Assembly (NCBI GenBank): GCA_963555755.3
Contig: OY820905.2
Coordinates: 1,504,001-1,568,000 of the forward strand
Source: Nitrospirales bacterium
GTDB taxonomy: Bacteria; Nitrospirota; Nitrospiria; Nitrospirales; UBA8639
Direction: 5' to 3'
DNA: 64,000 bases
Shown: in pieces, positions 10,193-21,109 of the stretch
Numbering within the stretch: the first letter of the stretch is position 1
How the letters are laid out: each line of letters begins with the position of its first letter
Notes under the pieces: generated by a model
Told to the model about the DNA's origin: nothing
Databases searched by the model: none
Seen by the model: only the letters and a program-made list of their open reading frames with translations
Made by a program: the position numbers and the translations under genes

Positions 10193-11740
10193 ATGAAAGA
10201 CCTTTCGCAATCCACCCCCTCTCATTCACAACCTTCGCGCGGAAACCGTCGATGGCCTTCTGCCCGAACAACCGTGAGCCTGACGCTCGCCGGACTCTTC
10301 ATAGGATCTTTGATCCTCGGCTCAATGGATTCCCCAACACCGTCCGTCGCAGCCGTTCCAACGACATCAATAGAATCATCCACGTCACACCTGACCAATC
10401 AGCACCTTGGCTTTGCGAACATTGTGAAAGCCGTTCGTCCGGCAGTGGTGAATATCACCTCAACAAAAGTCATGACCAAGTGGCAATCTCCTCGATCGCA
10501 CAATGATGGTCCAGAATGGTTTGGCCCTGGCCCAAGAGGCCAAGATTTCTGGGAGATGCCTCCTATGCCTAGGCTTCCACGCCAACCATTCCGTGGAGGA
10601 GGCATGGGATCGGGGGTGATCGTTTCTCCCGACGGATACATCCTGACGAATCATCACGTGGTGGATGGTGCGGACAAGGTCACCGTCACACTCATCGACA
10701 AACGTGAGTTCATTGGTACCCTCGTTGGAAGTGATCCGCAGACCGATTTGGCCGTGATCAAGATTTCCGGCAAAGACTTGCCCTTTGTCCCGTGGGGCGA
10801 TTCCTCAAAACTGGAAGTCGGAGAATATGTACTGGCCATTGGCAACCCCTTTGGCTTGAATTCCACGGTGACTCAGGGAATCGTGAGCGCGCTTGGCCGT
10901 GCCGGGATGGGCATCACCCAGTATGAAGATTTCATCCAAACCGATGCCGCCATTAATCCGGGAAATTCCGGTGGTGCGTTGGTCAACATGCGAGGAGAGT
11001 TGGTGGGAATTAACACAGCTATTCTCTCAAGAACGGGCGGATATCAAGGCGTAGGCTTCGCCATTCCCACCAGCATGGGGAAACACGTGTATGACAGCGT
11101 GGTCAAAACGGGAACCGTGAGTCGAGGGTTTTTGGGTGTCGGCATTCAGGAAGTGTCTAAAGACCTCGCCACATCATTGGATTTGCCGAACGCCTCGGGT
11201 GCACTGGTCACGAATGTTCATGAAGGCAGTCCTGCCGATCATGCCGGCCTCGTGCGCGGCGATACGATTGTGACCTACGAAGGACAGCCTATTGCCGACC
11301 CTCGTGCCTTGCAACGCGCCGTGACCAGAACAACCGTCGGACGCTCTATCGAGATGACGGTCATCCGTAATGGAACATCCATCACGCTCAACACGACTCT
11401 CGTGGAACATCCTGACACCAAAAAGGTTGCCCGAATGAATACTCCATCGGAAACCACACAGCTCGCGGGATTAACCGTTGAGGAAATCACCCCGCAAATG
11501 GCTCGCCGTCTCCAGCTCACGACACAGACCAATGGTGTTGTCGTCACGGCTGTTCAACCCGGCAGCCATGCGGACAGTGCTGGTTTACAACAAGGTGACG
11601 TGATTAGTGAAGTGAACAGAACACCGGTTCGGACCATGAAGGACTATCACTCAGTGGTCGCCCATTTACCTCATGAACGCCTAGCCCTCTTGTTTGTTCA
11701 TCGGCAAGGCGTTCCGATTTTCATGACCGTGAAAGTGTAA
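10193..11740 (+). CDS. degP: DegP/DegQ (Do) serine endoprotease with two PDZ domains
   Basis: [39 protein letters not shown] upstream. Confidence 0.92.
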   Translation: MKDLSQSTPSHSQPSRGNRRWPSARTTVSLTLAGLFIGSLILGSMDSPTPSVAAVPTTSIESSTSHLTNQHLGFANIVKAVRPAVVNITSTKVMTKWQSPRSHNDGPEWFGPGPRGQDFWEMPPMPRLPRQPFRGGGMGSGVIVSPDGYILTNHHVVDGADKVTVTLIDKREFIGTLVGSDPQTDLAVIKISGKDLPFVPWGDSSKLEVGEYVLAIGNPFGLNSTVTQGIVSALGRAGMGITQYEDFIQTDAAINPGNSGGALVNMRGELVGINTAILSRTGGYQGVGFAIPTSMGKHVYDSVVKTGTVSRGFLGVGIQEVSKDLATSLDLPNASGALVTNVHEGSPADHAGLVRGDTIVTYEGQPIADPRALQRAVTRTTVGRSIEMTVIRNGTSITLNTTLVEHPDTKKVARMNTPSETTQLAGLTVEEITPQMARRLQLTTQTNGVVVTAVQPGSHADSAGLQQGDVISEVNRTPVRTMKDYHSVVAHLPHERLALLFVHRQGVPIFMTVKV

Positions 11741-11808
11741 TCGAAAGCGAAGACCACCGTTCCAGAAATGCCTCACTTCGATGGCTCAAAGCGGAAAGGA
11801 CGCCGATC

Positions 11809-13044
11809 ATGACCATGCAAGTCGTAAAACAGACTGACCCGAATGCGACACGAAACGCTGACGCACGATCAACACGCTCCAAGGCAACTCGCTACTTGAA
11901 TGAAATGACGCCCACACTCGACACGATGATCGAAGAACAGGGAGAAGAATCCAAAAAAGAACCCAACACGGTGGCATTGGAAACCGTGTACTTTCGGACA
12001 TTCCGAACCCGCCCACTGTTAGATCGTGAACACGAGTTGCGACTGGCAACAGAGATCGACGACAGCAGTCAATGTATTCGGGCGGCCTTAACCCAGGCGA
12101 TTCAACTCATGAAGCATCTGGCTAATAAACCTCACTTTCAACCATCCATTCATTCGCTGACTGACACTCGCGAATTGAGCGGCTTCTCTGCGCCATCGCT
12201 GGATAACGCACACCACACGCTTGCGGGATTGATGACCGCCTTATCCGGTTCAGGTCCTAAAGCCTTAGCCCTTAAAAACCGTCTCAGGACAATCCAACAA
12301 CAGATTGCCCGTGCCCGGGGTAAACTTGAACGAGCCAAAGACGGATTGGTCCAACGCAACCTTCGTCTGGTGGTGGATTTGGCGAAACGCTTTACCAGTC
12401 GGGGACTTGGGCTGTTAGACCTGATTCAGGAAGGCAACGTCGGACTCATGCGTGCTGCCGAGCGTTTTCAATATCAAAAGGGCTTTAAGTTCAGCACCTA
12501 TGCCACATGGTGGGTTCGACAGGGAATCCTCCGAGCCATCGCGGATCAATCGCGAACGATTCGAGTTCCCGTCCATACGACGGAAGCGTGGCAACGCATG
12601 ACGAAAACGTCTCGTCGGTTGGCGCAACAATTAGGCCGAGATCCTAAACACGAAGAAATCGGCGAAGCCCTCGGCATTCAACCTGACCGGGTACAAGAAA
12701 CGATGCAGGCCTTTCTTGAGCCCGTATCATTTGATAACCCCACAGGAGACGACGAAACATTTTTAGGTGATTTTATACCAGACGAAACCCTGACGCCGCC
12801 AGATGAGAACATTCAGGAAGAGCAGGTAAAAACCCACCTCAATCGGGTCCTGTGCACGCTCACGCCACGAGAAGAGCAGATTATCCGAATGCGATTTGGG
12901 TTAGGCCAAGATCATTCGATGACCTTAGAGGAAGTTGGCAAGACGATGAACGTCACGCGTGAACGAATCAGACAAATCGAGGTCATTGCGCTCAAGAAAT
13001 TACGTGAGCCCGAGATGAAGGCACAATTAACGGGAATTTGTTAG
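11809..13044 (+). CDS. RpoD/SigA-like sigma-70 family factor (alternative, lacks a long region 1.1)
   Basis: [36 protein letters not shown]...TRERIRQIE. Confidence 0.92.
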   Translation: MTMQVVKQTDPNATRNADARSTRSKATRYLNEMTPTLDTMIEEQGEESKKEPNTVALETVYFRTFRTRPLLDREHELRLATEIDDSSQCIRAALTQAIQLMKHLANKPHFQPSIHSLTDTRELSGFSAPSLDNAHHTLAGLMTALSGSGPKALALKNRLRTIQQQIARARGKLERAKDGLVQRNLRLVVDLAKRFTSRGLGLLDLIQEGNVGLMRAAERFQYQKGFKFSTYATWWVRQGILRAIADQSRTIRVPVHTTEAWQRMTKTSRRLAQQLGRDPKHEEIGEALGIQPDRVQETMQAFLEPVSFDNPTGDDETFLGDFIPDETLTPPDENIQEEQVKTHLNRVLCTLTPREEQIIRMRFGLGQDHSMTLEEVGKTMNVTRERIRQIEVIALKKLREPEMKAQLTGIC

Positions 13045-15113
13045 GGTTCCACCAGATCCAACAAAAAGGTATACACGAAAGCCAATTCTTTATAACGACG
13101 AAAACGTCCGGATGCCCCGCCATGGCCCGCATCCATGTTGGTTTTAAGCAAGAGACGATTGCCATTGGTCTTCATTGTTCGAAGCTTGGCCACCCATTTT
13201 GCAGGTTCCCAATACTGCACCTGCGAATCATGAAGGCCTGTCGTGACAAGAAGGTGCGGGTACGCCTTAGCTTGAACATTGTCATACGGTGAGTAAGACA
13301 TGATGTATTCGTACGATTCCTTGTGGTTGGGGTCTCCCCACTCGTCATACTCACCTGTGGTCAAGGGGATATTCGGATCGAGCATCGTTGTGATGACATC
13401 AACGAATGGCACTTGCGCCACCGCGCCATTAAAAAGATCAGGCCGCATATTCACGATAGCCCCCATCAATAATCCACCAGCACTCCCGCCCATCGCAAAC
13501 AACTTCTCAGGCTTGGTATAGCCCTGAGCAATTACATGTTCAGCACAGGCAATGAAGTCCGTAAACGTATTTTTCTTATGAAGGAGTTTCCCCTCTTCAT
13601 ACCAATGCCGACCGAGTTCTTCCCCACCACGAATATGGGCAATCGCAAACACAAACCCACGGTCGAGTAAACTGAGCCGAGGGGAGCTGAAATTCGCATC
13701 CATGCAGGCCCCGTACGATCCATAGCCATACAACAACAACGGGTTATTGCCATCTTTATTGCATCCCTTCTGATACACCAATGAAATCGGGACCTGAACA
13801 CCATCGGTCGCCGTGGCCCATACTCGCTCCGTGCAATACTTTTCCCGATCAAATCCCCCCAGTACCTCTTCCTGTTTGAGCAACACCTTTTCTCGCGTCT
13901 CCATATTGTAGTCAAACACAGAATTGGGAGTGGTCATCGAGGTATACCCAAACCGAAGGAGCGGCGTATTAAAATCAGGGTTTTCCCCGATGCCCGCTAA
14001 ATACGTCGGCTCGCCAAAGTCCAAATAATGTTCGCCGTCGCCAGACCAGGGAATGACCCGAAGATTGGTGAGACCGTGTTTTCGTTCCTCCAGCACCAAG
14101 TAATCGCGAAACAATTCGAAGGATTCCAGCAGCACATCATCACGATGGGGAATCACCTCCTGCCAATGAGCCTGATCAGTCTGTTCGACTGATGTTTTCA
14201 TAAGCCGAAAGTTCTTGGCTTGCCAATTGGTAAGGATATAAAACGAATCCTGATCATGCTCCACATCGTATTCATGATTCCGAGCCCGAGGTACAAACAC
14301 CGTGAACTCCTCAGTTGGGTGATCAGCCCCGATATAACGATATTCACTACTGACCGTTTGCTGCGAGGCAATCATGACATACCGTTTGGACTTGGTCTTA
14401 AACACCGCGGTTGAGAAGGTTTCATCTTTTTCTTCATACACGATCGCATCATTCGAAGGATCGTCACCAAGGGCATGACGGCAAATCTGATGAGACCGAA
14501 GAGTGGCCGGATCTTGTTTGCTATAGAAGAGCGTTTGATTATCATTGGCCCACGCCATGTTGCCGGTGACTCCCGTCATCGAGTCAGCCAACAATTCGCC
14601 TGTATCCAGATTTTTATAATGAATGGTATAAATGCGCCGACCTTGGGTATCACTCGCGTACGCTAACAGGTTTTGATTAAAACTAACCGCCATTCCGCCA
14701 ATGGCAAAATATTCATGCCCTTCTGCGAGAACATTGGCATCCAGCATGATCTGCTCATCCGCATCGAGGGATTCTTTCTTTCGACAAAAAATGGGATATT
14801 CTTTTCCCTCCTCAAACCGCGTGTAGTAGAAGTAATCATCGAGTTTATACGGAACCGATAAATCGGTTTGCTTAATTCGCCCTTTGATTTCCTCAAACAA
14901 ATCATGCTCCAACTGCTTCCGATGCGACATCACGGCTTCCGTATAGTCATTCTCCGCCGTCAGATAGGCAATGACATCAGGATTCTCCCGATCATTCAAC
15001 CAATAATAGGGGTCGATTCGCGTGTGGCCATGTTTTTCCAATGTCACGGGATTCGGTTGGGCAATGGGGGGAATGATCGATGAAGGTACTTCCTGCTTCT
15101 GGGCTATGGACAC
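13041..15113 (-). CDS. ptrB: Oligopeptidase B (S9A)
   Basis: [25 protein letters not shown] catalytic Ser, [21 protein letters not shown] start at 15113 follows AGGAG. Confidence 0.93.
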   Translation of the reverse strand: MSIAQKQEVPSSIIPPIAQPNPVTLEKHGHTRIDPYYWLNDRENPDVIAYLTAENDYTEAVMSHRKQLEHDLFEEIKGRIKQTDLSVPYKLDDYFYYTRFEEGKEYPIFCRKKESLDADEQIMLDANVLAEGHEYFAIGGMAVSFNQNLLAYASDTQGRRIYTIHYKNLDTGELLADSMTGVTGNMAWANDNQTLFYSKQDPATLRSHQICRHALGDDPSNDAIVYEEKDETFSTAVFKTKSKRYVMIASQQTVSSEYRYIGADHPTEEFTVFVPRARNHEYDVEHDQDSFYILTNWQAKNFRLMKTSVEQTDQAHWQEVIPHRDDVLLESFELFRDYLVLEERKHGLTNLRVIPWSGDGEHYLDFGEPTYLAGIGENPDFNTPLLRFGYTSMTTPNSVFDYNMETREKVLLKQEEVLGGFDREKYCTERVWATATDGVQVPISLVYQKGCNKDGNNPLLLYGYGSYGACMDANFSSPRLSLLDRGFVFAIAHIRGGEELGRHWYEEGKLLHKKNTFTDFIACAEHVIAQGYTKPEKLFAMGGSAGGLLMGAIVNMRPDLFNGAVAQVPFVDVITTMLDPNIPLTTGEYDEWGDPNHKESYEYIMSYSPYDNVQAKAYPHLLVTTGLHDSQVQYWEPAKWVAKLRTMKTNGNRLLLKTNMDAGHGGASGRFRRYKELAFVYTFLLDLVEP

Positions 15114-15142
15114 AGAGCACTCCTTTGTTCGATTTCCTGAGA

Positions 15143-15263
15143 GGGGTTGTTGCAAAAGGCCGCCAGCGGCGTTCTCGGGGCTTTGTCGCCCTCACGTACT
15201 TCATGTACGCTGCGGGCACCAAATCCCCTGCGGCCTTGCTGGACAGCCTTTTTCAACAGCCCC
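15143..15263. mobile_element. MITE family A, minimal copy
   Basis: ggggttgttgcaaaaggc ... gcctttttcaacagcccc with the central cgtac-N-gtacg hairpin. Confidence 0.75.
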
Positions 15264-15278
15264 AGTGATATGACTTGT

Positions 15279-15704
15279 TTAGTCTTCAAGGCTGCCTGGT
15301 TTTCGCCGTACCCTCTTGAGGCCACCACGTTGTTTTTTTTGATCCAACCGACGTTCGATGACACCATGAGGCACATGCGTTTTCTTTCGAATTTTTGCCG
15401 GCTGTAACGCACTGCTCAAAAGAGTTGAAAAACGTTCTAGAAGCACGACTCGGTTGGCTGCTTGGCTTCTGGTACCCTGGGCATGAAGATACAACACCCC
15501 GTCTTTGGTGATCCGGGTTTTGAGTTGTGTGGCAATTTTCGTCTTCTGGCTATGAGTCAAATATTTCGAGGACCACACGGGAAAATGAAGCGTGACCCGT
15601 GTATTGACCTTGTTCACATTCTGTCCACCAGGGCCACTACTACGAGAAGCCGTAATCTGAACTTCTTGGTTCGGAATCTCGAGCTGTGTGGTTATCACAA
15701 TCAT
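15279..15704 (-). CDS. arfB: Alternative ribosome rescue peptidyl-tRNA hydrolase
   Basis: RSSGPGGQNVNKV (GGQ motif), RSQAANR, basic C-terminal tail. Confidence 0.92.
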   Translation of the reverse strand: MIVITTQLEIPNQEVQITASRSSGPGGQNVNKVNTRVTLHFPVWSSKYLTHSQKTKIATQLKTRITKDGVLYLHAQGTRSQAANRVVLLERFSTLLSSALQPAKIRKKTHVPHGVIERRLDQKKQRGGLKRVRRKPGSLED

Positions 15705-15941
15705 GGGACACCTTCATTCACCTACTCCTATCGGAAGGGCTCAATGGCAGGTTAACTTTCATTGCCGTTTTTGACAAGACGTTGTGACATAAAAGTCTTA
15801 CATCAAAAGGAGATGGGGGAAATAAAGAAACTCGGAGGTAGATGATTTCCACAAGGAATCGGGGGCGGGGGACTGATCCTTGGCAGATCAATCACCCACG
15901 CCCCGCGAAGGATAGTGTTGACACCATTTAACAACAACGTG

Positions 15942-16379
15942 TTACTTCGACTCAATCGGTATCAATTTGGGTTTAGCCTCTTCTTGTTTCGGCACCTTGA
16001 CGATCAAGACGCCTTTGTCGTAGATCGCCTTCGCCTCATTGGGTGTCACATACTTCGGCAAGTTAAAGCTTCTGCCAAAGGTTCCGTAATGGGCTTCCCG
16101 AAAATGATAGCCGTCCTTATTGTCTTCATGCTCAACCTTTCGTTCTCCATGAATTTCCAGGAGACGATCAGTTACCGAGATGTTCACATCCTTCATATCA
16201 ATTCCGGGCAATTGTGTCTCCAAATATAGGCTTTCTGTGTCTTCATAGACATTCACGGCCGGGGCCCAATTCACCGTTCGCTCGGTACGATCATCCCAGA
16301 GCGGCCGACGAAATGGCTGCGTGCCCCACCAGCCCAGGGTTTGTTCAATCTCTCTAAACGGATCCCATTTCACTAACAT
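15942..16379 (-). CDS. Hsp20/alpha-crystallin small heat shock protein
   Basis: WAPAVNVYE, LPGI, YGTFGRSFNLP, GVLIVKVPK; AAAGGAGG RBS. Confidence 0.93.
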   Translation of the reverse strand: MLVKWDPFREIEQTLGWWGTQPFRRPLWDDRTERTVNWAPAVNVYEDTESLYLETQLPGIDMKDVNISVTDRLLEIHGERKVEHEDNKDGYHFREAHYGTFGRSFNLPKYVTPNEAKAIYDKGVLIVKVPKQEEAKPKLIPIESK

Positions 16380-16602
16380 AATACACCTCCTTTAATCACA
16401 GCTTGTGTGTGTGGTGTGGACTCTGATTATTTTTTTTGAGGCGCCTCTGTCAATTGAGATAAGTCGTGCATGGAAAAAGTCAAGCCCTTCACTCAGTATC
16501 CCTCCAGAGAGGAGCTGGCTTGCCACTGTGGAAAAAGAATTTTTCCAGACAGGAAAAAAACAGTCTGCGGTTGAGAGTGGGGGGAAACGAGAACCCGAAA
16601 AA

Positions 16603-17031
16603 CTACGTGTTTTGAGACTTTCCTATCGGGTCTTGGTGAATGACATTGAAATCTTTGTGGGTAATGAAAAAGCCATTGGCATACAACCGAAACTCATATC
16701 GGCCAGGGCCTGGAAAAACCAGGGAAGGAATATTGATACCAAAGTCATGAATTTCTAAACGGTCCTTGATGGTAAAGGGCGACAAGGTGGCTTTCCCAAC
16801 GATGACATCCTGATCCAAATACGCCAACCGCAATTCAAACTCATAGACACCTTCTGCGTCGGTCAAACAAAAATAGATGCCCATTTGATGATGCTGGCAC
16901 GGAAACCGTGGCGCCCAGAGATGCGTAAATGTCCCGATGAGGCTTTTCTTCCCTGTCTGGCTATCAATAATCACACTGTCACAGACTAAAAACGCCTGAA
17001 CACTCGGTTTCACAATGTCTTGATCATCCAT
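16603..17031 (-). CDS. Conserved hypothetical protein (DUF6941-like)
   Basis: AFLVCDSVIID..TGKKSLIGTF...FPGPGRYEF pattern. Confidence 0.6.
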   Translation of the reverse strand: MDDQDIVKPSVQAFLVCDSVIIDSQTGKKSLIGTFTHLWAPRFPCQHHQMGIYFCLTDAEGVYEFELRLAYLDQDVIVGKATLSPFTIKDRLEIHDFGINIPSLVFPGPGRYEFRLYANGFFITHKDFNVIHQDPIGKSQNT

Positions 17032-17096
17032 ACATTCTTCCTCAGCTTTCCAACATGGAACTATTGATTAAATCTTCCGTCCGCAACGGAGATTCG

Positions 17097-17453
17097 TCAC
17101 CGAAGAATCACACGAATAACGGACACCAGCAGCACATAGAGCGTCATAGCCACAGCAAACGACAGGGCAAACCCAAACCGGGGAACGCCAAACATCATGG
17201 TAAACACATATGCAAACCACGGCGGTGAGAGCCAAATCAGATTTTTCGAAAATGACACGGTTGGGCCCGTACCCGCATTGAGATAAATAAGAATGAAGGT
17301 CATCCCACTAATGACGGGCAAGGTACTTGCCAGGGCTGCGAAAAACCCTTTCCCATGTGAACCAAGATATGTAGAGACCGAAACCAGCGTGCCACCTAGT
17401 ACAAAATAGAGCACGTATTTTGTCAATTCATTCATCGAAAATCTCAAGGACAA
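17097..17453 (-). CDS. Small 4-TM membrane protein (DUF3147/GlpM-like)
   Basis: Four hydrophobic segments; YFVLGGTLVS, ALASTLP. Confidence 0.6.
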   Translation of the reverse strand: MSLRFSMNELTKYVLYFVLGGTLVSVSTYLGSHGKGFFAALASTLPVISGMTFILIYLNAGTGPTVSFSKNLIWLSPPWFAYVFTMMFGVPRFGFALSFAVAMTLYVLLVSVIRVILR

Positions 17454-17474
17454 TACTAACGAGAACCCTGTACC

Positions 17475-18128
17475 TTACATCAACGCAGCTTTGATACACG
17501 AATACAGTATCACGACTTCAACAGCATGCGCCACGATCACCGTATAAAGATTATGCGATCGAACGTAGAGCCAGCCCCAGATAAGACCATCCCACACCGC
17601 AATCCAATGCAGATGCTGAAAGGTCATGACCATGAAGGGATCACAAGCAAATACCAGAGCAGACGTGAAAACAGCAAGAATTGATACAAGGGAAAAGGAT
17701 CGATTTGGTTCAATACGTAACCATTGGCCAAACAGCACCTTTAATCGTCCAAGAAGAAACCCACGAAAATTGAGCTCCACACCAATGGCAATAGCCAAGA
17801 TTCCCCACGGGACCATCACCCAGGTGGGCATGTTGGCATGAGGCGTCTCTTTCAAAAACTCGATGTCTCCACCAACACTCGGCACAAGCCACAGAATGAC
17901 AAAGGTATTGAAACCGCCTAATAGCAGCCCGGTGACCACTCCCCATTTGATCCCGGTAAACATGCCATCGGGTTTCACCCCGAGTCGTTCCAGTGCACCT
18001 GGGTTGCACGTAAACCAAACCCCAAGTGCAAGGTACGCAGCCAATTGAGGGAAGAATTGAATAAGCCTATTTTGCTGTATGTCAATTGGAAGGAGATAAA
18101 AAAGGCCGGTGGCCAAGACAGGAATCAA
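17475..18128 (-). CDS. CPBP (Abi/CAAX) intramembrane metalloprotease-like protein
   Basis: ELNFRGFL and VAHA motifs; multiple TM segments. Start uncertain because it abuts a repeat. Confidence 0.7.
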   Translation of the reverse strand: MIPVLATGLFYLLPIDIQQNRLIQFFPQLAAYLALGVWFTCNPGALERLGVKPDGMFTGIKWGVVTGLLLGGFNTFVILWLVPSVGGDIEFLKETPHANMPTWVMVPWGILAIAIGVELNFRGFLLGRLKVLFGQWLRIEPNRSFSLVSILAVFTSALVFACDPFMVMTFQHLHWIAVWDGLIWGWLYVRSHNLYTVIVAHAVEVVILYSCIKAALM

Positions 18129-18166
18129 AGCCAGCCATGAGACCTGCTCTTCGTGATTTTTTATTT

Positions 18167-18875
18167 CCCCCTCCTTTGTAAGGAGGGGATAGGGGAGGTA
18201 GAGACTCGTGTTAGAAGATCATACATACCATTCATGAGTAGAAGCACCATACTTCGAAAATCTACCCCACCTCACCTCCCCTTACAAAGGGGAGGAATCG
18301 GAAATTCATCGCACCTCAGCACATGGTTCGTACCCTGGTCCCCCTCCTTTGTAAGGAGGGGTTAGGGGAGGTAGAGTCCTACAACAATTGCAAAAGTAAG
18401 TCTTCCAACACCCCGTCCAGATTGTTTAACAAATCATCATTATTGTAACGAATCACACGCAGCCCCAAGGATTGAAAATATCGTTCCCGCTCCTTGTCTT
18501 TTTTCTGAACACTCTTTTCTGCATGCACATCCCCATCAACCTCAATAACCAGACTTTTCTGTGGACAAAAGAAATCGACAATATACGGACCAATGCCATG
18601 TTGGCGACAAAATTTCAGATCCTGAAATTGTTTGGTGCGTAGTTTCGTCCATAGACGTGATTCCGCCGGAGTGAGATTGGCACGAAAATGCCGCTTGAGG
18701 GAGAGGCGGTTTGGTTGTCCTTGTCGGATTCGAGGTGGTTTGTCCATGTCACCAAGACTCTACCCCACCTAACCTCCCCTTACAAAGGGGAGGGATTAGA
18801 AACTTAGCTCACCTCAGCATCTTGTTCGAATCCTGGTCCCCTTCCTTTGTAAGGAGGGGTGAGGGGAGGTAGAGA
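18167..18875. repeat. Five REP-like palindromes (CCCCTCCTTTGTAAGGAGGGG...GGGGAGGTAGAG) in alternating orientation around the DUF559 gene
   Basis: Units at ~18167-18203, 18261-18296, 18339-18376, 18758-18794 and 18837-18875. Segments 18261-18376 and 18760-18874 are direct repeats of each other. Confidence 0.85.
18379..18747 (-). CDS. DUF559 / Vsr-like PD-(D/E)XK endonuclease
   Basis: TPAESRLW..LR, KFCRQHGIGPYIVDFFC, LVIEVDGDVH, D.ER...LGLRVIRY.N. Confidence 0.9.
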   Translation of the reverse strand: MDKPPRIRQGQPNRLSLKRHFRANLTPAESRLWTKLRTKQFQDLKFCRQHGIGPYIVDFFCPQKSLVIEVDGDVHAEKSVQKKDKERERYFQSLGLRVIRYNNDDLLNNLDGVLEDLLLQLL

Positions 18876-18991
18876 CTCGCGAGGGAAAACTACGCTCCAA
18901 TTCTTGGTAACAACCTCTAGCTCCGAGGCTCTAACTCTCCTTAAAAAGGAGATGAAAACAACCTACTAATTTTCTCAAAACGAAAAAAGAT

Positions 18992-20245
18992 TCACTGATA
19001 CCGCAGCGCTTCAGCAGGATCAAGCTTCGAGGCTTTCACAGCAGGATACAAACCAAAAAACACACCCACGAATACCGCGAAGGAAAACGCAATGAGAATC
19101 GCAGAAGGTTGAATGACCGCGCCCCAATCCCCGCCACCTGGCATCGATTGCGCCACGAATCCCCCAAACCCATACGCCGCGCCTATCCCAGCAAGGATCC
19201 CGAGGAACCCACCGATTACACTGATCGTCACAGACTCGACAAGAAATTGGAGCATGATATCGCGACGCCGCGCACCAATAGCTTTGCGCAATCCAATTTC
19301 TTTCGTTCGTTCGGTAACGGTCACCAACATGATATTCATAATGCCAATCCCGCCAACCAGCAAGGCCACGACCGCCACGCCACCCAGCACAATGCGAAAT
19401 GTCCAAATAGTACGATCCACGGCATTCAAAAATTCGCCCTGATTCCGCACGCGAACATCATCGACTCCATCATGCCTTTGAACTAACAAGGAATGGACTT
19501 GTTGGGTGGCCTGTTGCATCTGGTCCCGATGGGGAACATGAATGATCATCCGTCGAATTCGATCGTCACCTGTAAATCGCCTGATAGTTGTGGTGATCGG
19601 TATAAAGATCATTTCATCGTAGTTCGTTCGACGGATTAAACCCTTGGGTTCCATCACTCCCACGACCGTAAATCGTTGATCGCCGATTTTCACTTCGCGA
19701 TCAAGCGGAGAGCCACTGCCAAACAATTTTTCAGCTACTTCCTTACCCAACACCACGACGCGCTTCCATTCCGTCAGGTCCGATTGAATGAGAAACCGCC
19801 CATGTTCCGCTCGAAAGTTTCTTACCTCCTGATATTCAGGCCACGTCCCGGTGACCTCACCACTAAACTCGCGATCACCGGCTTTCAGTTGCTGATTTAA
19901 CTCAATAATCGGAATCGCAACCACATCAGGAATTTGTTGACGCACTGCAAGCGCATCACCATATCGTAAACCTGTTGACCGTCCAGCAAACTTGCGCTGT
20001 TCTTCATGCGTCAACGACTTTTTCCAGACGAACAACAAATTAGTTCCTAGTCGCTCGATCGACTTCACGAGCCACACCTGCCCACCTTCAACAATGGCAA
20101 TCATCGCAATCACCGCAGCCACGCCAATAATCACCCCAAGCATCGTCAAGCCAGTCCTCAGAATATTCGACTTCAGGTTCTTCAAAGCATCGATTACAAT
20201 GGATTGCACAATCATGGGTGTTGCATTCCTAATATTTCCTGTCAT
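18992..20245 (-). CDS. MacB/FtsX-type ABC transporter permease
   Basis: LTMLGVIIGVAAVI, GGIGIMNIMLVTVTERTKEIGLRKAIGA, YPA.KAS.LDP.EALR. Confidence 0.92.
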   Translation of the reverse strand: MTGNIRNATPMIVQSIVIDALKNLKSNILRTGLTMLGVIIGVAAVIAMIAIVEGGQVWLVKSIERLGTNLLFVWKKSLTHEEQRKFAGRSTGLRYGDALAVRQQIPDVVAIPIIELNQQLKAGDREFSGEVTGTWPEYQEVRNFRAEHGRFLIQSDLTEWKRVVVLGKEVAEKLFGSGSPLDREVKIGDQRFTVVGVMEPKGLIRRTNYDEMIFIPITTTIRRFTGDDRIRRMIIHVPHRDQMQQATQQVHSLLVQRHDGVDDVRVRNQGEFLNAVDRTIWTFRIVLGGVAVVALLVGGIGIMNIMLVTVTERTKEIGLRKAIGARRRDIMLQFLVESVTISVIGGFLGILAGIGAAYGFGGFVAQSMPGGGDWGAVIQPSAILIAFSFAVFVGVFFGLYPAVKASKLDPAEALRYQ

Positions 20246-20323
20246 TCCAGCGGTACGGACCTAGACAATTCACCACAGTAGCCCCAACGCTGGAATCTAG
20301 AATTCCAAACGAAAACCAAGTTT

Positions 20324-21091
20324 TCACACCTTAGCAGTTGCCTCATCGCTCACGACCTGCCCATCACTCAGAACGATCCGTCGCTTGGCCGCCTGAGCCA
20401 CGTTCTGATCATGCGTAATCAGAATAATTGTCTGCCCTTCCTGATGCAGTTGATCAAACATCGCCATGACCTCTTGCCCAGTGCGGCTATCCAAATTCCC
20501 AGTTGGCTCATCAGCCAGTAAAATCGCCGGTTCGTTCACCAGCGCACGCGCGATAGCCACGCGCTGTTGCTGTCCACCGGATAATTGCGTGGGGAAGTGC
20601 AGCATTCGATCGTCTAGGCCCACACGCTTCAACATTTCGGTTGCGCCCTTTCGCTGTTCAGCCAACGACAGCCCGGCATACTGCAACGGCAACTGCACAT
20701 TTTCCAAAGCCGTCTTCCGAGAAAGCAGATGGAAGATTTGAAAGACAAAACCGATTTTTTGATTGCGGATCGTCGTCAAGTCCTTATCGCTGAGTAAGCC
20801 GACATGTTGCCCATCCAACCAATACTCTCCTTCCGTTGGTTGACCCAAACACCCCAAAATATCTAACAATGTAGTCTTGCCACTCCCCGACTGCCCAACG
20901 ATCGCCACAAACTCACCTTTCTCGATCGTGAGCTCAATCTTCGTTAACGCATGAACACTCACCTCACCCGCGTGATAGACCTTCGAAATATCATGCAAGT
21001 GAATGAGCAGAGAACGACCGGGATTATCCCCAATACCCGAAAGTGGATAGTGGCCATCCAAAGAGGAATCACTATGGGGAAACTCTGTCAC
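20324..21091 (-). CDS. ABC transporter ATP-binding protein (MacB/LolD-like)
   Basis: GQSGSGKTT, LSGGQQQRVAIARAL, LLADEPTGNLD. Confidence 0.93.
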   Translation of the reverse strand: MTEFPHSDSSLDGHYPLSGIGDNPGRSLLIHLHDISKVYHAGEVSVHALTKIELTIEKGEFVAIVGQSGSGKTTLLDILGCLGQPTEGEYWLDGQHVGLLSDKDLTTIRNQKIGFVFQIFHLLSRKTALENVQLPLQYAGLSLAEQRKGATEMLKRVGLDDRMLHFPTQLSGGQQQRVAIARALVNEPAILLADEPTGNLDSRTGQEVMAMFDQLHQEGQTIILITHDQNVAQAAKRRIVLSDGQVVSDEATAKV

Positions 21092-21109
21092 TAAGGATTT
21101 TCCATTTCA

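Noticed and set aside
16380..16600. CIRCE element upstream of hsp20
   Set aside because: No TTAGCACTC-N9-GAGTGCTAA match.
18167..18875. CRISPR mini-array beside a nuclease
   Set aside because: Repeats alternate in orientation and the intervening sequences are homologous, which is REP-like rather than repeat-spacer.
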